A model generated the notes under the pieces. That model did not search any database. It saw only the letters and a list, made by a program, of their open reading frames with translations, and was not told the DNA's origin. Below, in pieces: positions 29,887 to 39,273 of a DNA stretch of 64,000 nucleotides. The DNA comes from Calditrichales bacterium. GTDB lineage: Bacteria; Calditrichota; Calditrichia; Calditrichales; J004. The position numbers were made by a program, and so were the translations under genes. The number at the start of each line of letters is the position of its first letter. The first letter of the stretch is position 1. The stretch is from the NCBI GenBank assembly GCA_965267575.1, contig OZ254086.1, forward strand, positions 640,001-704,000, given 5' to 3'.

Positions 29887-31238
29887 TCAATTACACGGAA
29901 GATCCCGATTACCGCTGGCTGATAGAAACCTATTTCTCCAGGCCGGACCGCATTATCGGCCTTAACAAAGGCGACATTTTGCTTGAGGAAGGCCAGCCAA
30001 ATACGCGGCTCTACCTGATACGGGAAGGTCATTTTACCGGCTATGTTACGCTGGCTTCAGGTGAGCAGCAGGAGAAATTCCGCACTTCGGAAAACGTTTT
30101 CCTGGGGCTGCACTCCTTCTTTTCCGGCACTTACAAAAGCCTGACCACCGTGCGCGCTCTTACGGCAGCCGAGGTAGTCTACGTGGAAAAAGACGATCCC
30201 GTCATTCCTTATAAGAACAAGCACACGCTGGCCGAGCAGTTTATGCCGTTCGTGGTCAAAGAGATGGTTAACCGCCAGGAAAACGAACTTTCATTTTTTA
30301 AGGAAAAACAAAAGGCGCTGAAGCAACTGCTGGAGCGTGAAAAGCTGGCCTCGCTCGGGCACATGGCCGCCGGCATCGCCCACGAGCTGAACAACGCCGT
30401 CGCCGTCATCTACAGCAACGCCAACTGGCTGATCGAGAAAATGGCCGCCTACTGGCGCGAGGCCCGTGAAACGGCGCTGTTTGAAGCCGGCCTGCTGAAA
30501 GGACGCGATCTGAACAGCCGCCAAAAACGCGAACTGCAAAAAGTGTGGCAAAACAAGCATAAACTGGACGCTTCCGCAGCGCGGGCGCTGGCCCAAACCG
30601 GCCTGCCCGAGGAGCACATTATGCAGCTGGGCCGCAACCTGCAGCAAGATGCCCATTGGATCGGCAATCTGTGGGAGATAGGCGCCACACTGAATGATAT
30701 GCGTCGCGCAGCCAAGCAGGCTTCGCATGTCGTAAAGTCAGTTAAACTGCTGGGCGCGCCACACAGCGAACGCATGCCGGGCCTCAATATCAACGAGAGC
30801 ATTGAAAACGCCCTTAATCTGCTGCGCCAAAAGCTAACCGGCATCACGCTGGAACTGGATCTGAAAGAGGCTTTGCCGCCATTTAACGGCAATATGGGTG
30901 AGTTTGTGCAGGTCTGGACCAACCTGGTTAAAAATGCTATCGAGGCCATGAAAGCGGCACGCACGGAGAATCCGCACATTAAAATCAGCAGCAAATCCAA
31001 TCGCAGCAGCATTCATATCAGCATCAGTGATAACGGTCCGGGCATACCGCCCGACATCCGCAAGGAGATATTTGAGCCCAATGTTACTACCAAAGTCAGC
31101 GGCATGTCTTTCGGGCTGGGCCTGGGACTTACCATAGTAAAGCGCATCGTGACGGCATATAAAGGCCGCATTAGTGTGAAAAGCAGCAAAGAAGGAACAA
31201 CGTTTACCGTGACTATACCCATGGAGAAAGCGTCATGA
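29883..31238 (+). CDS. cytoplasmic sensor histidine kinase with N-terminal cNMP-binding-like domain
   Basis: GDILLEEGQ..LYLI.EG, H-box IAHELNN, NLVKNA, DNGPGI, GLGLGL. Confidence 0.9.
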   Translation: MINYTEDPDYRWLIETYFSRPDRIIGLNKGDILLEEGQPNTRLYLIREGHFTGYVTLASGEQQEKFRTSENVFLGLHSFFSGTYKSLTTVRALTAAEVVYVEKDDPVIPYKNKHTLAEQFMPFVVKEMVNRQENELSFFKEKQKALKQLLEREKLASLGHMAAGIAHELNNAVAVIYSNANWLIEKMAAYWREARETALFEAGLLKGRDLNSRQKRELQKVWQNKHKLDASAARALAQTGLPEEHIMQLGRNLQQDAHWIGNLWEIGATLNDMRRAAKQASHVVKSVKLLGAPHSERMPGLNINESIENALNLLRQKLTGITLELDLKEALPPFNGNMGEFVQVWTNLVKNAIEAMKAARTENPHIKISSKSNRSSIHISISDNGPGIPPDIRKEIFEPNVTTKVSGMSFGLGLGLTIVKRIVTAYKGRISVKSSKEGTTFTVTIPMEKAS

Positions 31239-31717
31239 AGAAACTGAATATCATCTGTGTGGATGATCAGCGTGATGTTCTGGCCGCCGTCCAGAAGGAC
31301 CTGGCCATTTTTGATGAGATCGCCGATCTGACAGAGTGTGAATCGGCGCCGGAAGCGGAAGAGATCGTCGAGGAAATGTACGGCGAAGAGAAGCCGCTCG
31401 CCTTACTCATTTGCGATCATATCATGCCCGGGGAAAACGGCATCGATTTCCTGGCGCGGCTCAAAAGCGATCAACGTTTTGAAACGCTGCACACAATTTT
31501 GCTTACGGGACTGGCCACGCACACCGACACAATCGAAGCGATCAACCGTGCGCACATTGACCATTATATCGAAAAACCATGGAAAGCAGAAAACCTGCAA
31601 CAAAAAGTACGTGTGCTTCTAACGCGCTATGTTCTTGAAAACGGCATGGATTACATGGATTACCAGCAGCATCTGGACCAGCCCACGCTACTGCGCGAGA
31701 TGCACAAGAGAGGGTAA
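31235..31717 (+). CDS. response regulator (receiver with short C-terminal tail)
   Basis: CVDD, ICDHIMPG, LLTG, EKPW. Confidence 0.9.
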   Translation: MKKLNIICVDDQRDVLAAVQKDLAIFDEIADLTECESAPEAEEIVEEMYGEEKPLALLICDHIMPGENGIDFLARLKSDQRFETLHTILLTGLATHTDTIEAINRAHIDHYIEKPWKAENLQQKVRVLLTRYVLENGMDYMDYQQHLDQPTLLREMHKRG

Positions 31718-31758
31718 AAAAATAAAAGAGCGCAGAATGCCTTATATAATCTTGTACA

Positions 31759-32742
31759 TCATGTTGATCCTGTCAAATGATAAAAATTACGCTGCCAACG
31801 ATGTTTTTTTAGCCTTTCAACAAGGGCTTTAGAGAGTGGGCCCTTAAGAATACTCTTAACATTTTCTTGAACATGTTTCTCTCTTCGCATGCCCGGGATC
31901 ACCGTGGTTACGGCATCAAAGCTGATCACAAAACGCAATGCGGCTTCAGCCAAAGAACCACATTCTTCGCCAATCTCTTCACGGATGCGATTAACCCGTT
32001 CCCAGACCTGCTGCTTACGCTCACCCTGAAAATATTTATTGCGCCAGTCTTTTTTAGGAAATGTTGTCTCAGGGGTGATCGCGCCCGTTAAGCCGCCTTC
32101 ATCAAACGGAACACGCGCGATCACCGCGATATTATTCTCCTGGCAGTAAGGAAAAAGCCTCTCCGCAGGACTTTGGTCAAATATATTGAAAATAACCTGA
32201 ACCGAATCGATCAGTCCCGTTTCCAGCGTTTCAAGCACATTGTCCGGCTCATGGTCGTTTACGGAAATTCCCCAAAAGCGCACCTTGCCGCTTCTCTTAA
32301 GCCTGTGCACGGCCTCTTTCCATTCATCGTCTCCCGCCCAGGCATCATTCCAGACGTGAAACTGCATCAGATCGAGATAATCGCGCCCAAAGTGGCGCAA
32401 GCTTTTTTCCGTCTGCTCAATGATGTAAGAAGCCGGGTAAGATTCCTCGATTGTGGAATCCGCAGATGCCGGCCACTCAAATTTTTTGGAAGGAATCTTA
32501 GATGTAAGAAAAAGTGGTTTTTTGGATTCCCGCTCGACTTCACCGATCAGGCGCTCGCTATGGCCATTGCCGTAAACCAAAGCCGAATCAAAGAGCGTAA
32601 CGCCCAAGTCCACCGCTGTGTGCAAGGCACGCTTGGACATGGCGTCATCGCCGCCCTTCCAGATTTTTTTCCCAATGCCCCAGGCGCCAAAACCGAGCCT
32701 GGACACCTGCTGAGAGGATCGTGTGAATGTTCGGTATTTCAT
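31759..32742 (-). CDS. aldo/keto reductase
   Basis: LGFGAW, FDSALVYG.GHSE, LDLMQFH, VIPGMR. Confidence 0.92.
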   Translation of the reverse strand: MKYRTFTRSSQQVSRLGFGAWGIGKKIWKGGDDAMSKRALHTAVDLGVTLFDSALVYGNGHSERLIGEVERESKKPLFLTSKIPSKKFEWPASADSTIEESYPASYIIEQTEKSLRHFGRDYLDLMQFHVWNDAWAGDDEWKEAVHRLKRSGKVRFWGISVNDHEPDNVLETLETGLIDSVQVIFNIFDQSPAERLFPYCQENNIAVIARVPFDEGGLTGAITPETTFPKKDWRNKYFQGERKQQVWERVNRIREEIGEECGSLAEAALRFVISFDAVTTVIPGMRREKHVQENVKSILKGPLSKALVERLKKHRWQRNFYHLTGST

Positions 32743-32757
32743 GTTTAGGCTAATAAT

Positions 32758-32827
32758 GTGCTTTAGTGCTCAAACCATCATGATCATGCTATTGATCATG
32801 ATCTTCCCGGCTCCAAGGCCAGGATGA
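32758..32827. repeat. composite repeat: GTGCT 8-mers, TCATGM 6-mers and degenerate REP-like copy 3
   Basis: GTGCTTTA GTGCTCAA; TCATGA TCATGC TATTGA TCATGA; TCCCGGC-TCCAAG-GCCAGGATGA. Confidence 0.7.
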
Positions 32828-32865
32828 ACCAATAATCCGCATCTCACCCGCGCCGTTGAATCAGA

Positions 32866-34161
32866 TCAGTATAAATACTCTTTAAAAGCTTCAAAATCCG
32901 CCGGCATTTTGTGGCTTGTCTTCTTACGGTCGAGGTATTTTTTTAATCTTTGCGGCATGTCCGGCTCTGTGCCCAGCGCCTTTTTTACGCTGTCTCCAAA
33001 CTTAGCCGGATGAGCAGTTTCGAGGAAAATACCCTGACCCTCAAAAGAGAGCGATCTGCGCGCCTTTTGTAAAGCAAGGTAGCCTACAGCACCATGCGGA
33101 TCAGACACATACCCATACCGGTCACGCATTTCCCGTATCGCCGCGAGCGTCGCATCATCATCAAAACTGAAGGCGCTGATATCCCCGCGCATTGCGGCAA
33201 TATCATCCCAGTACATCTCACGTATCCGGCCCAGATTGCTGGGATCGCCCACATCCATGGCGTTGGAAAGCGTCGGCTTTGATGCCCGCGGATTGTAAAC
33301 GCCCTTTCGCAAAAAAGCGCCAAAAACATCATTGCTATTCAGCGCCGAGACAAAGCCGGCCAGCGGCAGGCCCATCCTTTTTGCGATCAGCCCGGCGGTA
33401 AGATTACCCAGGTTTCCGCTTGGTACACACATAAGCGGTGCCGCGGCGCTTTCGGGCAATTGTGCCAAGGCATAAAAATAATAAAATGATTGCGGCAGCA
33501 GGCGCGCGATGTTAATGGAGTTTGCCGACGAGAGACGCCGCCGTTTGCGCAATTCCTTATCCAGAAAAGCGCCTTTCACCAATCTTTGGCAGTCATCAAA
33601 AGTGCCGTCCACTTCCAGAGCGCGGATATTTTTATCCAGCGTGGCGATTTGCTGCTCCTGGATGCGGCTGATTTTTCCCGACGGATAAAGTACAATCACC
33701 TCAATACCTTCTACGCCATAAAAGCCCTGGGCCACGGCACTGCCGGTATCACCGGATGTGGCCACAAGAATATGCAACGGATCATCCTGGTGGGCTATCA
33801 ACTTCTGCATCATGCGCGCCATAAAGCGGGCGCCAACGTCCTTGAAAGCCAGCGTGGGACCGTGGAAAAGCTCCAGCACGGATAGATTTTCATCGAGGCG
33901 TTTCAGCGGTATGTCAAAGTTCAGCGCGTCCTCAACAATCTCGCGCAGTTCCCGTTCCTTCAGGTCCTCACCAAAAAAAGCATGACTTCCCGCCAGGGCA
34001 ATCTCCACAAAGGAGAGGCCGGGCAAAGCAGAGAAAAAACCGGCGGGCAATTCAGGAATGCGCTGCGGCATGTAGAGACCATTATCCGGCGGGAGGCCCT
34101 GCAAAACGGCTTCCGTCAAAGAAACATGATGTGTTTTGTCGCGGGTGCTGTAATAATACAT
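32866..34161 (-). CDS. thrC: threonine synthase
   Basis: ELFHGPTLAFKD, ATSGDTG, ANSINIARL, PSGNLG, TAHPAKF; start set at MYYYSTR. Confidence 0.96.
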   Translation of the reverse strand: MYYYSTRDKTHHVSLTEAVLQGLPPDNGLYMPQRIPELPAGFFSALPGLSFVEIALAGSHAFFGEDLKERELREIVEDALNFDIPLKRLDENLSVLELFHGPTLAFKDVGARFMARMMQKLIAHQDDPLHILVATSGDTGSAVAQGFYGVEGIEVIVLYPSGKISRIQEQQIATLDKNIRALEVDGTFDDCQRLVKGAFLDKELRKRRRLSSANSINIARLLPQSFYYFYALAQLPESAAAPLMCVPSGNLGNLTAGLIAKRMGLPLAGFVSALNSNDVFGAFLRKGVYNPRASKPTLSNAMDVGDPSNLGRIREMYWDDIAAMRGDISAFSFDDDATLAAIREMRDRYGYVSDPHGAVGYLALQKARRSLSFEGQGIFLETAHPAKFGDSVKKALGTEPDMPQRLKKYLDRKKTSHKMPADFEAFKEYLY

Positions 34162-34163
34162 GG

Positions 34164-34745
34164 TCAGATTTGTTTGCGGTCGATCCACTTTTCGGCGTGC
34201 ACGGGCGGGGCGGCGGCCAGTTTTTGCAACAGCGTTTCAGCATCCGAATCCACGTGCAGCATAGCTCGGTGTTCGCTGCGCACAAAACCGTTCTCAACAG
34301 CGCCATCCAGAAAGGCAATCAGATTGCTGAAATAGCCGTTTGTGTTAAGCAGCCCAACCGGTTTGCGGTGCAGGCCAAGCTGTGCCCAGGTCAGTGTTTC
34401 AAAAAGCTCGTCCAGGGTGCCCATGCCGCCGGGCATAGCGATAAAGGCATCGGAGAGATCGTAAATCATGGCTTTGCGCCGGTGCATGGTTTCGACTACA
34501 TGCAATTCGGTGAGTTGTTCGTGACCTACCTCTTTTTCCAGCAAGGCGCGGGGAATAACCCCGTAAACGCGTCGATTGTTTTGCAGCATGGCGTCAGCCA
34601 GAACGCCCATCAGGCCGACTTTGCCGCCACCGTAAACAAGATCGTATCCCTGCCCCGCCAGGGCCTTGGCCATATCAACGGCGGCTTGTTTAAAAACCGG
34701 GAAACGCCCGGGACCGGATGCACAAAAGACGGCCACATTTTTCAC
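34164..34745 (-). CDS. LOG family (Rossmann fold) nucleotide phosphoribohydrolase
   Basis: VYGGGKVGLMG, MHRRKA, PGGMGTLDEL. Confidence 0.92.
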   Translation of the reverse strand: MKNVAVFCASGPGRFPVFKQAAVDMAKALAGQGYDLVYGGGKVGLMGVLADAMLQNNRRVYGVIPRALLEKEVGHEQLTELHVVETMHRRKAMIYDLSDAFIAMPGGMGTLDELFETLTWAQLGLHRKPVGLLNTNGYFSNLIAFLDGAVENGFVRSEHRAMLHVDSDAETLLQKLAAAPPVHAEKWIDRKQI

Positions 34746-35689
34746 GCGCCCTCGCCTTGTTGTGTGATCAGCGCGCCTCGGCTGCGAATCTGTCCAAAAT
34801 AGTTTTCGGAAGGCGTTTTCTCTTTTTCATAAACTTCGGCCATGGCCCTAGCCACCTTGCGTGCCACGTGGTTGCCGCGGCAAAAGGCAAACATGGCCGG
34901 CCCGCTTCCGGAAATGGTAACAGCCAGCGCGCCGTTGGTCAGCGCGGCCTTTTTTACACGCTCGTAACAGGGTATAAACTGGGCACGCACCGGTTCCGCC
35001 ACATGGTCGTGCACGGCACGGGCAAGCAGGTTAAGATTGCGCGTATGCAGGGCATGTACCACGGCGGCCGTATCGGCCCATTGGGCCACGGCATTTTTAA
35101 GCGTAATGCTTCCGGGCAGGGCAGCGCGCGCCTGGGCCGTGTTCACTTTTACATCCGGCCGCACAACGGCGTAGTATAAATTGGGCGGAACAGGCAAACG
35201 GAACACATCCGCTTCCTTGGCCCGGCGCACCAGCATAAAGCCGCCCAGAAGAGATGGCGCGGCGTTATCGGCATGGGCACTGCCGCTCACCTTTTTTTCC
35301 GCTGCAATAACAAACGGTAACAGCTGGCGCGGCGAGAGGCGTAAATTGAGCAGCCGGTTTACGGCAGTCACCGCGGCGGCGGCACTGGCAGCGCTGGAAC
35401 CGAGGCCGCTGTTCAGCGGAACGTTTTTATGCAAAACCAGGTCAACGGACGTATCACTACGGCCGACGTTTTTAAGAAGCTCTGATACGGCAATCCCGGC
35501 GGTATTTTCCGCGCTGTCGCTGGTCAGTTCGCCACCGTCTCCTTCAATTGCGCTGATGTTTACGCCGCCGTTCTTACCCAGCCGGGCGGTTACTTCGTCT
35601 CCCGGTCCGTCGATGGCGAAACCGAACACATCAAAACCACAGCCCACGTTGGATACGCTGGCCGGGGCGAAAGCAGTTATGCTGTTCAT
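34742..35689 (-). CDS. thrB: homoserine kinase
   Basis: PASVSNVGCGFD, PLNSGLGSSAAS, HADNAAP, ISGSGP. Confidence 0.95.
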   Translation of the reverse strand: MNSITAFAPASVSNVGCGFDVFGFAIDGPGDEVTARLGKNGGVNISAIEGDGGELTSDSAENTAGIAVSELLKNVGRSDTSVDLVLHKNVPLNSGLGSSAASAAAAVTAVNRLLNLRLSPRQLLPFVIAAEKKVSGSAHADNAAPSLLGGFMLVRRAKEADVFRLPVPPNLYYAVVRPDVKVNTAQARAALPGSITLKNAVAQWADTAAVVHALHTRNLNLLARAVHDHVAEPVRAQFIPCYERVKKAALTNGALAVTISGSGPAMFAFCRGNHVARKVARAMAEVYEKEKTPSENYFGQIRSRGALITQQGEGA

Positions 35690-36732
35690 GACGCGATTAG
35701 TCCTTTCTTTAGCAGCAGCTCGGCATTCAGCAAGGCGCCGCCCGCCGCTCCACGGATTGTATTATGTACCAGCAGGTTAAATTTATAATCCAGCAGCGGA
35801 CATTCCTGCAAACGGCCGGTGCTAACCGCCATGCCACCTTCCAGGTTGCGATGAAGGCGTGGCTGCGGATACCAACGATTTTCAAAATATGTTACAGGCC
35901 GGCGTGGCGCGGAAGGCAATCCCAATTCCTGCGGCACACCGCGAAACTCATTCCAGGCGGCGATTATATCTTCCGCCGCTGCCCTTTTTTTCAACTTAAC
36001 GGAGACACACTCCAGGTGACCGTCGCGCACACTTACGCGGTTGCACTGGGCGCTGATCTTCATGTCGGCCGGGACAAACGAATCACCCTGCAGTTTGCCA
36101 AAAATCTTGGCCGGTTCGATCTCCATTTTCTCTTCCTCGCCACCGATATGAGGGATGACATTATCCAGGATATCCAGCGAGGACACACCGGGATAACCGG
36201 CCCCGGAAAGGGCCTGCATGGTCACCACGTGCAGCGCTTCCACGCCGAAACGATCGACCAGCGGCTTGAGCGCCATAACCAGCCCAACCGTGCTGCAATT
36301 GGGATTGGTCACAATCGCGCCACGGCCATATTTTTGTTTTTTTATAATTTCTGCATGATCGCCGTTTACCTCCGGCACCAGCAGCGGCACATCTCCGCGC
36401 ATGCGATGGTTGCGCGCGTTGGAAACGACGATGTATCCGGCCCAAGCAAATTCTTCTTCTATTTCGCCGGCCACGGATGAATCCAGACCGGAAAAGGCGA
36501 TGCGCCCCTTTAAACCGGGAGCACAAGCCTGCACGGGCATCTGCGCGACGTGGCTGTCCAGCGGTGCATCACCCTGCCAGCGCGCGGCTTCACCGTAGCT
36601 CTTACCCGCCGAACGGTCGGACGCACCGAGGGAAGCTATCCGGAACCAGGGATGCTGCTGCAGCAGTTCCACGAACTTTTGCCCCACACTGCCTGTGGCG
36701 CCGAGAACCGTTACGTCTATTTTATCTGCCAT
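35686..36732 (-). CDS. asd: aspartate-semialdehyde dehydrogenase (archaeal/eukaryote-like type)
   Basis: LGATGSVGQ, NPNCST, QALSGAGYPG, HNTIRGAAG. Confidence 0.95.
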   Translation of the reverse strand: MADKIDVTVLGATGSVGQKFVELLQQHPWFRIASLGASDRSAGKSYGEAARWQGDAPLDSHVAQMPVQACAPGLKGRIAFSGLDSSVAGEIEEEFAWAGYIVVSNARNHRMRGDVPLLVPEVNGDHAEIIKKQKYGRGAIVTNPNCSTVGLVMALKPLVDRFGVEALHVVTMQALSGAGYPGVSSLDILDNVIPHIGGEEEKMEIEPAKIFGKLQGDSFVPADMKISAQCNRVSVRDGHLECVSVKLKKRAAAEDIIAAWNEFRGVPQELGLPSAPRRPVTYFENRWYPQPRLHRNLEGGMAVSTGRLQECPLLDYKFNLLVHNTIRGAAGGALLNAELLLKKGLIAS

Positions 36733-39163
36733 TCAATTTGTCCATGATCGAAAGTATATCATTAAGAACCCCTTGCGCCGTTACCTCTTTGCCGGCACCC
36801 GTCCCACGGATAACCAGCGGCGAGTCGCTGTAGTAACGGCTGTAAATCGCCAGCATATTATCACTGCCGGAGAGCGTGTAAAAAGGATCGTCCTTTCCCA
36901 CCTGTTGCAACGATGCCACGATACCCTTTTCATCGTAGCGGGCGATAAAGCGTAAACGCTTACCTTGCTTGCCGGCATCCTCGTGCAGGGCCCTAAAATA
37001 ATCATCAGAAGCTTCAAGTGCCGTAAAAAAAGTAACGACGTCGGGCGCGGCCGTGCAGGCGGGCGGCAAAAAGCCTTCCAGGCGCACATTTTTCCAGCGT
37101 TTTTGTGCCCCCGCAAGCCTCGCCAGAATCAGTATTTTTCGGGCCGCGTCGATACCACTCAGGTCGATACGCGGGTCCGGTTCGGTAAAGCCCATTTTTT
37201 TTGCTTTTTTAACCAGCTTACTGAACGGCGCGCTGCCGTCGTACTGATTGAACAGCCAGCTAAGCGTTCCGGATAATACCCCCTCAATGCGCGTAACTTT
37301 ATCGCCGCCGTTGGTTAAAAGCCGGATGGCATGCAGAGCGGGCAGCCCCGCTCCCGCAGTAGCCTCATAAGCCAGGTGTGCGTTGTTGTCTGAAGCCTGT
37401 TTTTTGAGCTTAGGCCATTCGTCGCCGGCAAAAGCGATTTTGTTGGCTGCCGCTATATGAACGCCCCGTTTTACAATCTCACCATAGCGTGAAGCCACCT
37501 CTTCGCTTGCGCTTACGTCAATAAAAATGTCATCTCTGCTCATGGCCGAAACAAATGCGCTGAGGTCTGCTTTTTTACCCTGTTTGTCGAGAAGCGTTAT
37601 CGCGCCGTCATAGCCCAGAGCTTTTTCGGAAATAACCATCCTGCGGCTGTTGCAAATGGCGTGAAGTGTCAGGCGTTTGTCATTCTGGGCGTTGAGCTGG
37701 CGCAATAGCTCGCGACCGATTTGCCCGCTGCCGGCAATGAAAAGCCTGCCTTTTTGTGTTGTTTTGCCCTCTTCAAAAAAGGCGCGGTGCAGCACATTAA
37801 GCGCCTGCTTCTGGTCCTCTTTGCGGATCACCAGCGAAATATTGAGCTCTGATGAACCCTGGGCCATGGCCACCACGTTTATGCCGACGCTGCCCAGCGC
37901 GTGGAACAGACGCCCGGCAATTCCCGGTGTGTGACGCATACGTTGGCCCACAACAGCCACCGCGGACAGGCCCGTTTCCATCTTGACCGGATCAATTTCG
38001 TGGAGCTGGATTTCAGGCCGAAAGGTGCTTTCAATAACCTTGCGTGCCAGCACGGCATCTTCGGGCTTGAGGCCGACACAAATTGAATGCTCGGATGAGG
38101 CCTGCGTAATCAGGATAACGTTGATCTCTTTCTGGGCCAGCGCCTGGAACAAGCGCGCCGCGACTCCGGGCACGCCAACCATGCCGCTGCCCTGTATCGT
38201 GATCAGCGCCACCTGGTCAATCGCCGTAAGCCCCGTTAACGGACCGAGTGTAGCATCGGCTTCGGATGAGATGAGCGTACCTTCAAAGGCCAGATCGAAT
38301 GTGTTGCGGATGCGGATGGGTATTTTCTTCTCCAGCGCCGGTTGAATGGTTGGCGGATGCAGCACCTTGGCGCCAAAATGAGAAAGCTCCATCGCCTCAT
38401 CATAAGTCAGCTTGTGCAGGGAAAAGGCGTTCTTTACGAGGGCAGGATTGGTTGTCATAACACCGCTTACGTCCGTCCAGATCTCTATTTCCCGGGCATC
38501 GAGCGCGGCGCCCAGCAAAGAAGCCGTATAGTCCGAGCCACCGCGACCCAGCGTGGTTGTAACGCCGTTATGCGTTGAGGCAATAAACCCTGTAACCACG
38601 GGCATCTCCGGGCCATCGGCAAAATATTCGCGCATGTTGGAATAGCTGGTGGCAATATCCACGTGGGCTTCGCCAAACTGCTCATCTGTAAAGACAAGCT
38701 GCCGGGCATCCACCATGGCGGCATCTTTGCCCTCTTCGGCCAAAAAACCGGCAATAATGCTGGCCGATAAACGCTCGCCAAAACTGAGTATAAAATCGCG
38801 CGTCCGCGGCGAACATTCGCGCAACAAAAATGCGCCATGTATAATTTCAGAAAGCTCATTCAGCAGCGGGGCGATCGCTTCCTCGGTCTGTTTTGCCTTT
38901 TTGCTGAGTAAGGCGGCGATCATTTCTTTGTGCCGCGCCCGCAACAGCTCCAGCTCATCCTGGTAGGCTGCATCGCGCTTTACGGCAAGATCGCTGATAC
39001 GCACAAGCTGGTTTGTAACACCACTGAAGGCGCTGACCACCAGAATAGCACGCCGGCCGCCAGCCAGGCGTTCGTTTACAATTTTATTAATGACGCGAAT
39101 GCTCTCCGGTTTGCCGACAGACGTACCGCCAAACTTGAGAATATGTAATGAAGCCAATGCCAT
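36722..39163 (-). CDS. thrA: bifunctional aspartate kinase / homoserine dehydrogenase
   Basis: KFGGTSV, LGRGGSDYTA, two ACT domains, AANK, GFTEPDPRIDLSG.DAARK. Confidence 0.95.
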   Translation of the reverse strand: MALASLHILKFGGTSVGKPESIRVINKIVNERLAGGRRAILVVSAFSGVTNQLVRISDLAVKRDAAYQDELELLRARHKEMIAALLSKKAKQTEEAIAPLLNELSEIIHGAFLLRECSPRTRDFILSFGERLSASIIAGFLAEEGKDAAMVDARQLVFTDEQFGEAHVDIATSYSNMREYFADGPEMPVVTGFIASTHNGVTTTLGRGGSDYTASLLGAALDAREIEIWTDVSGVMTTNPALVKNAFSLHKLTYDEAMELSHFGAKVLHPPTIQPALEKKIPIRIRNTFDLAFEGTLISSEADATLGPLTGLTAIDQVALITIQGSGMVGVPGVAARLFQALAQKEINVILITQASSEHSICVGLKPEDAVLARKVIESTFRPEIQLHEIDPVKMETGLSAVAVVGQRMRHTPGIAGRLFHALGSVGINVVAMAQGSSELNISLVIRKEDQKQALNVLHRAFFEEGKTTQKGRLFIAGSGQIGRELLRQLNAQNDKRLTLHAICNSRRMVISEKALGYDGAITLLDKQGKKADLSAFVSAMSRDDIFIDVSASEEVASRYGEIVKRGVHIAAANKIAFAGDEWPKLKKQASDNNAHLAYEATAGAGLPALHAIRLLTNGGDKVTRIEGVLSGTLSWLFNQYDGSAPFSKLVKKAKKMGFTEPDPRIDLSGIDAARKILILARLAGAQKRWKNVRLEGFLPPACTAAPDVVTFFTALEASDDYFRALHEDAGKQGKRLRFIARYDEKGIVASLQQVGKDDPFYTLSGSDNMLAIYSRYYSDSPLVIRGTGAGKEVTAQGVLNDILSIMDKLNGR

Positions 39164-39273
39164 GGTATAAAACTAATCCCCCCTCTGGCGCCGGCATTGC
39201 GACGCTTATTTAAGACAATACCGCCGGAACGGCAGTAATTAAAAACCAGATTAATTCAATCGAGCAAGTTGTT

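Noticed and set aside
39164-39273. thr leader peptide or T-box upstream of thrA
   Set aside because: No Thr/Ile-rich mini-ORF, too short for a T-box, and the single hairpin (TACTGCCG/CGGCGGTA) has no U-tract.
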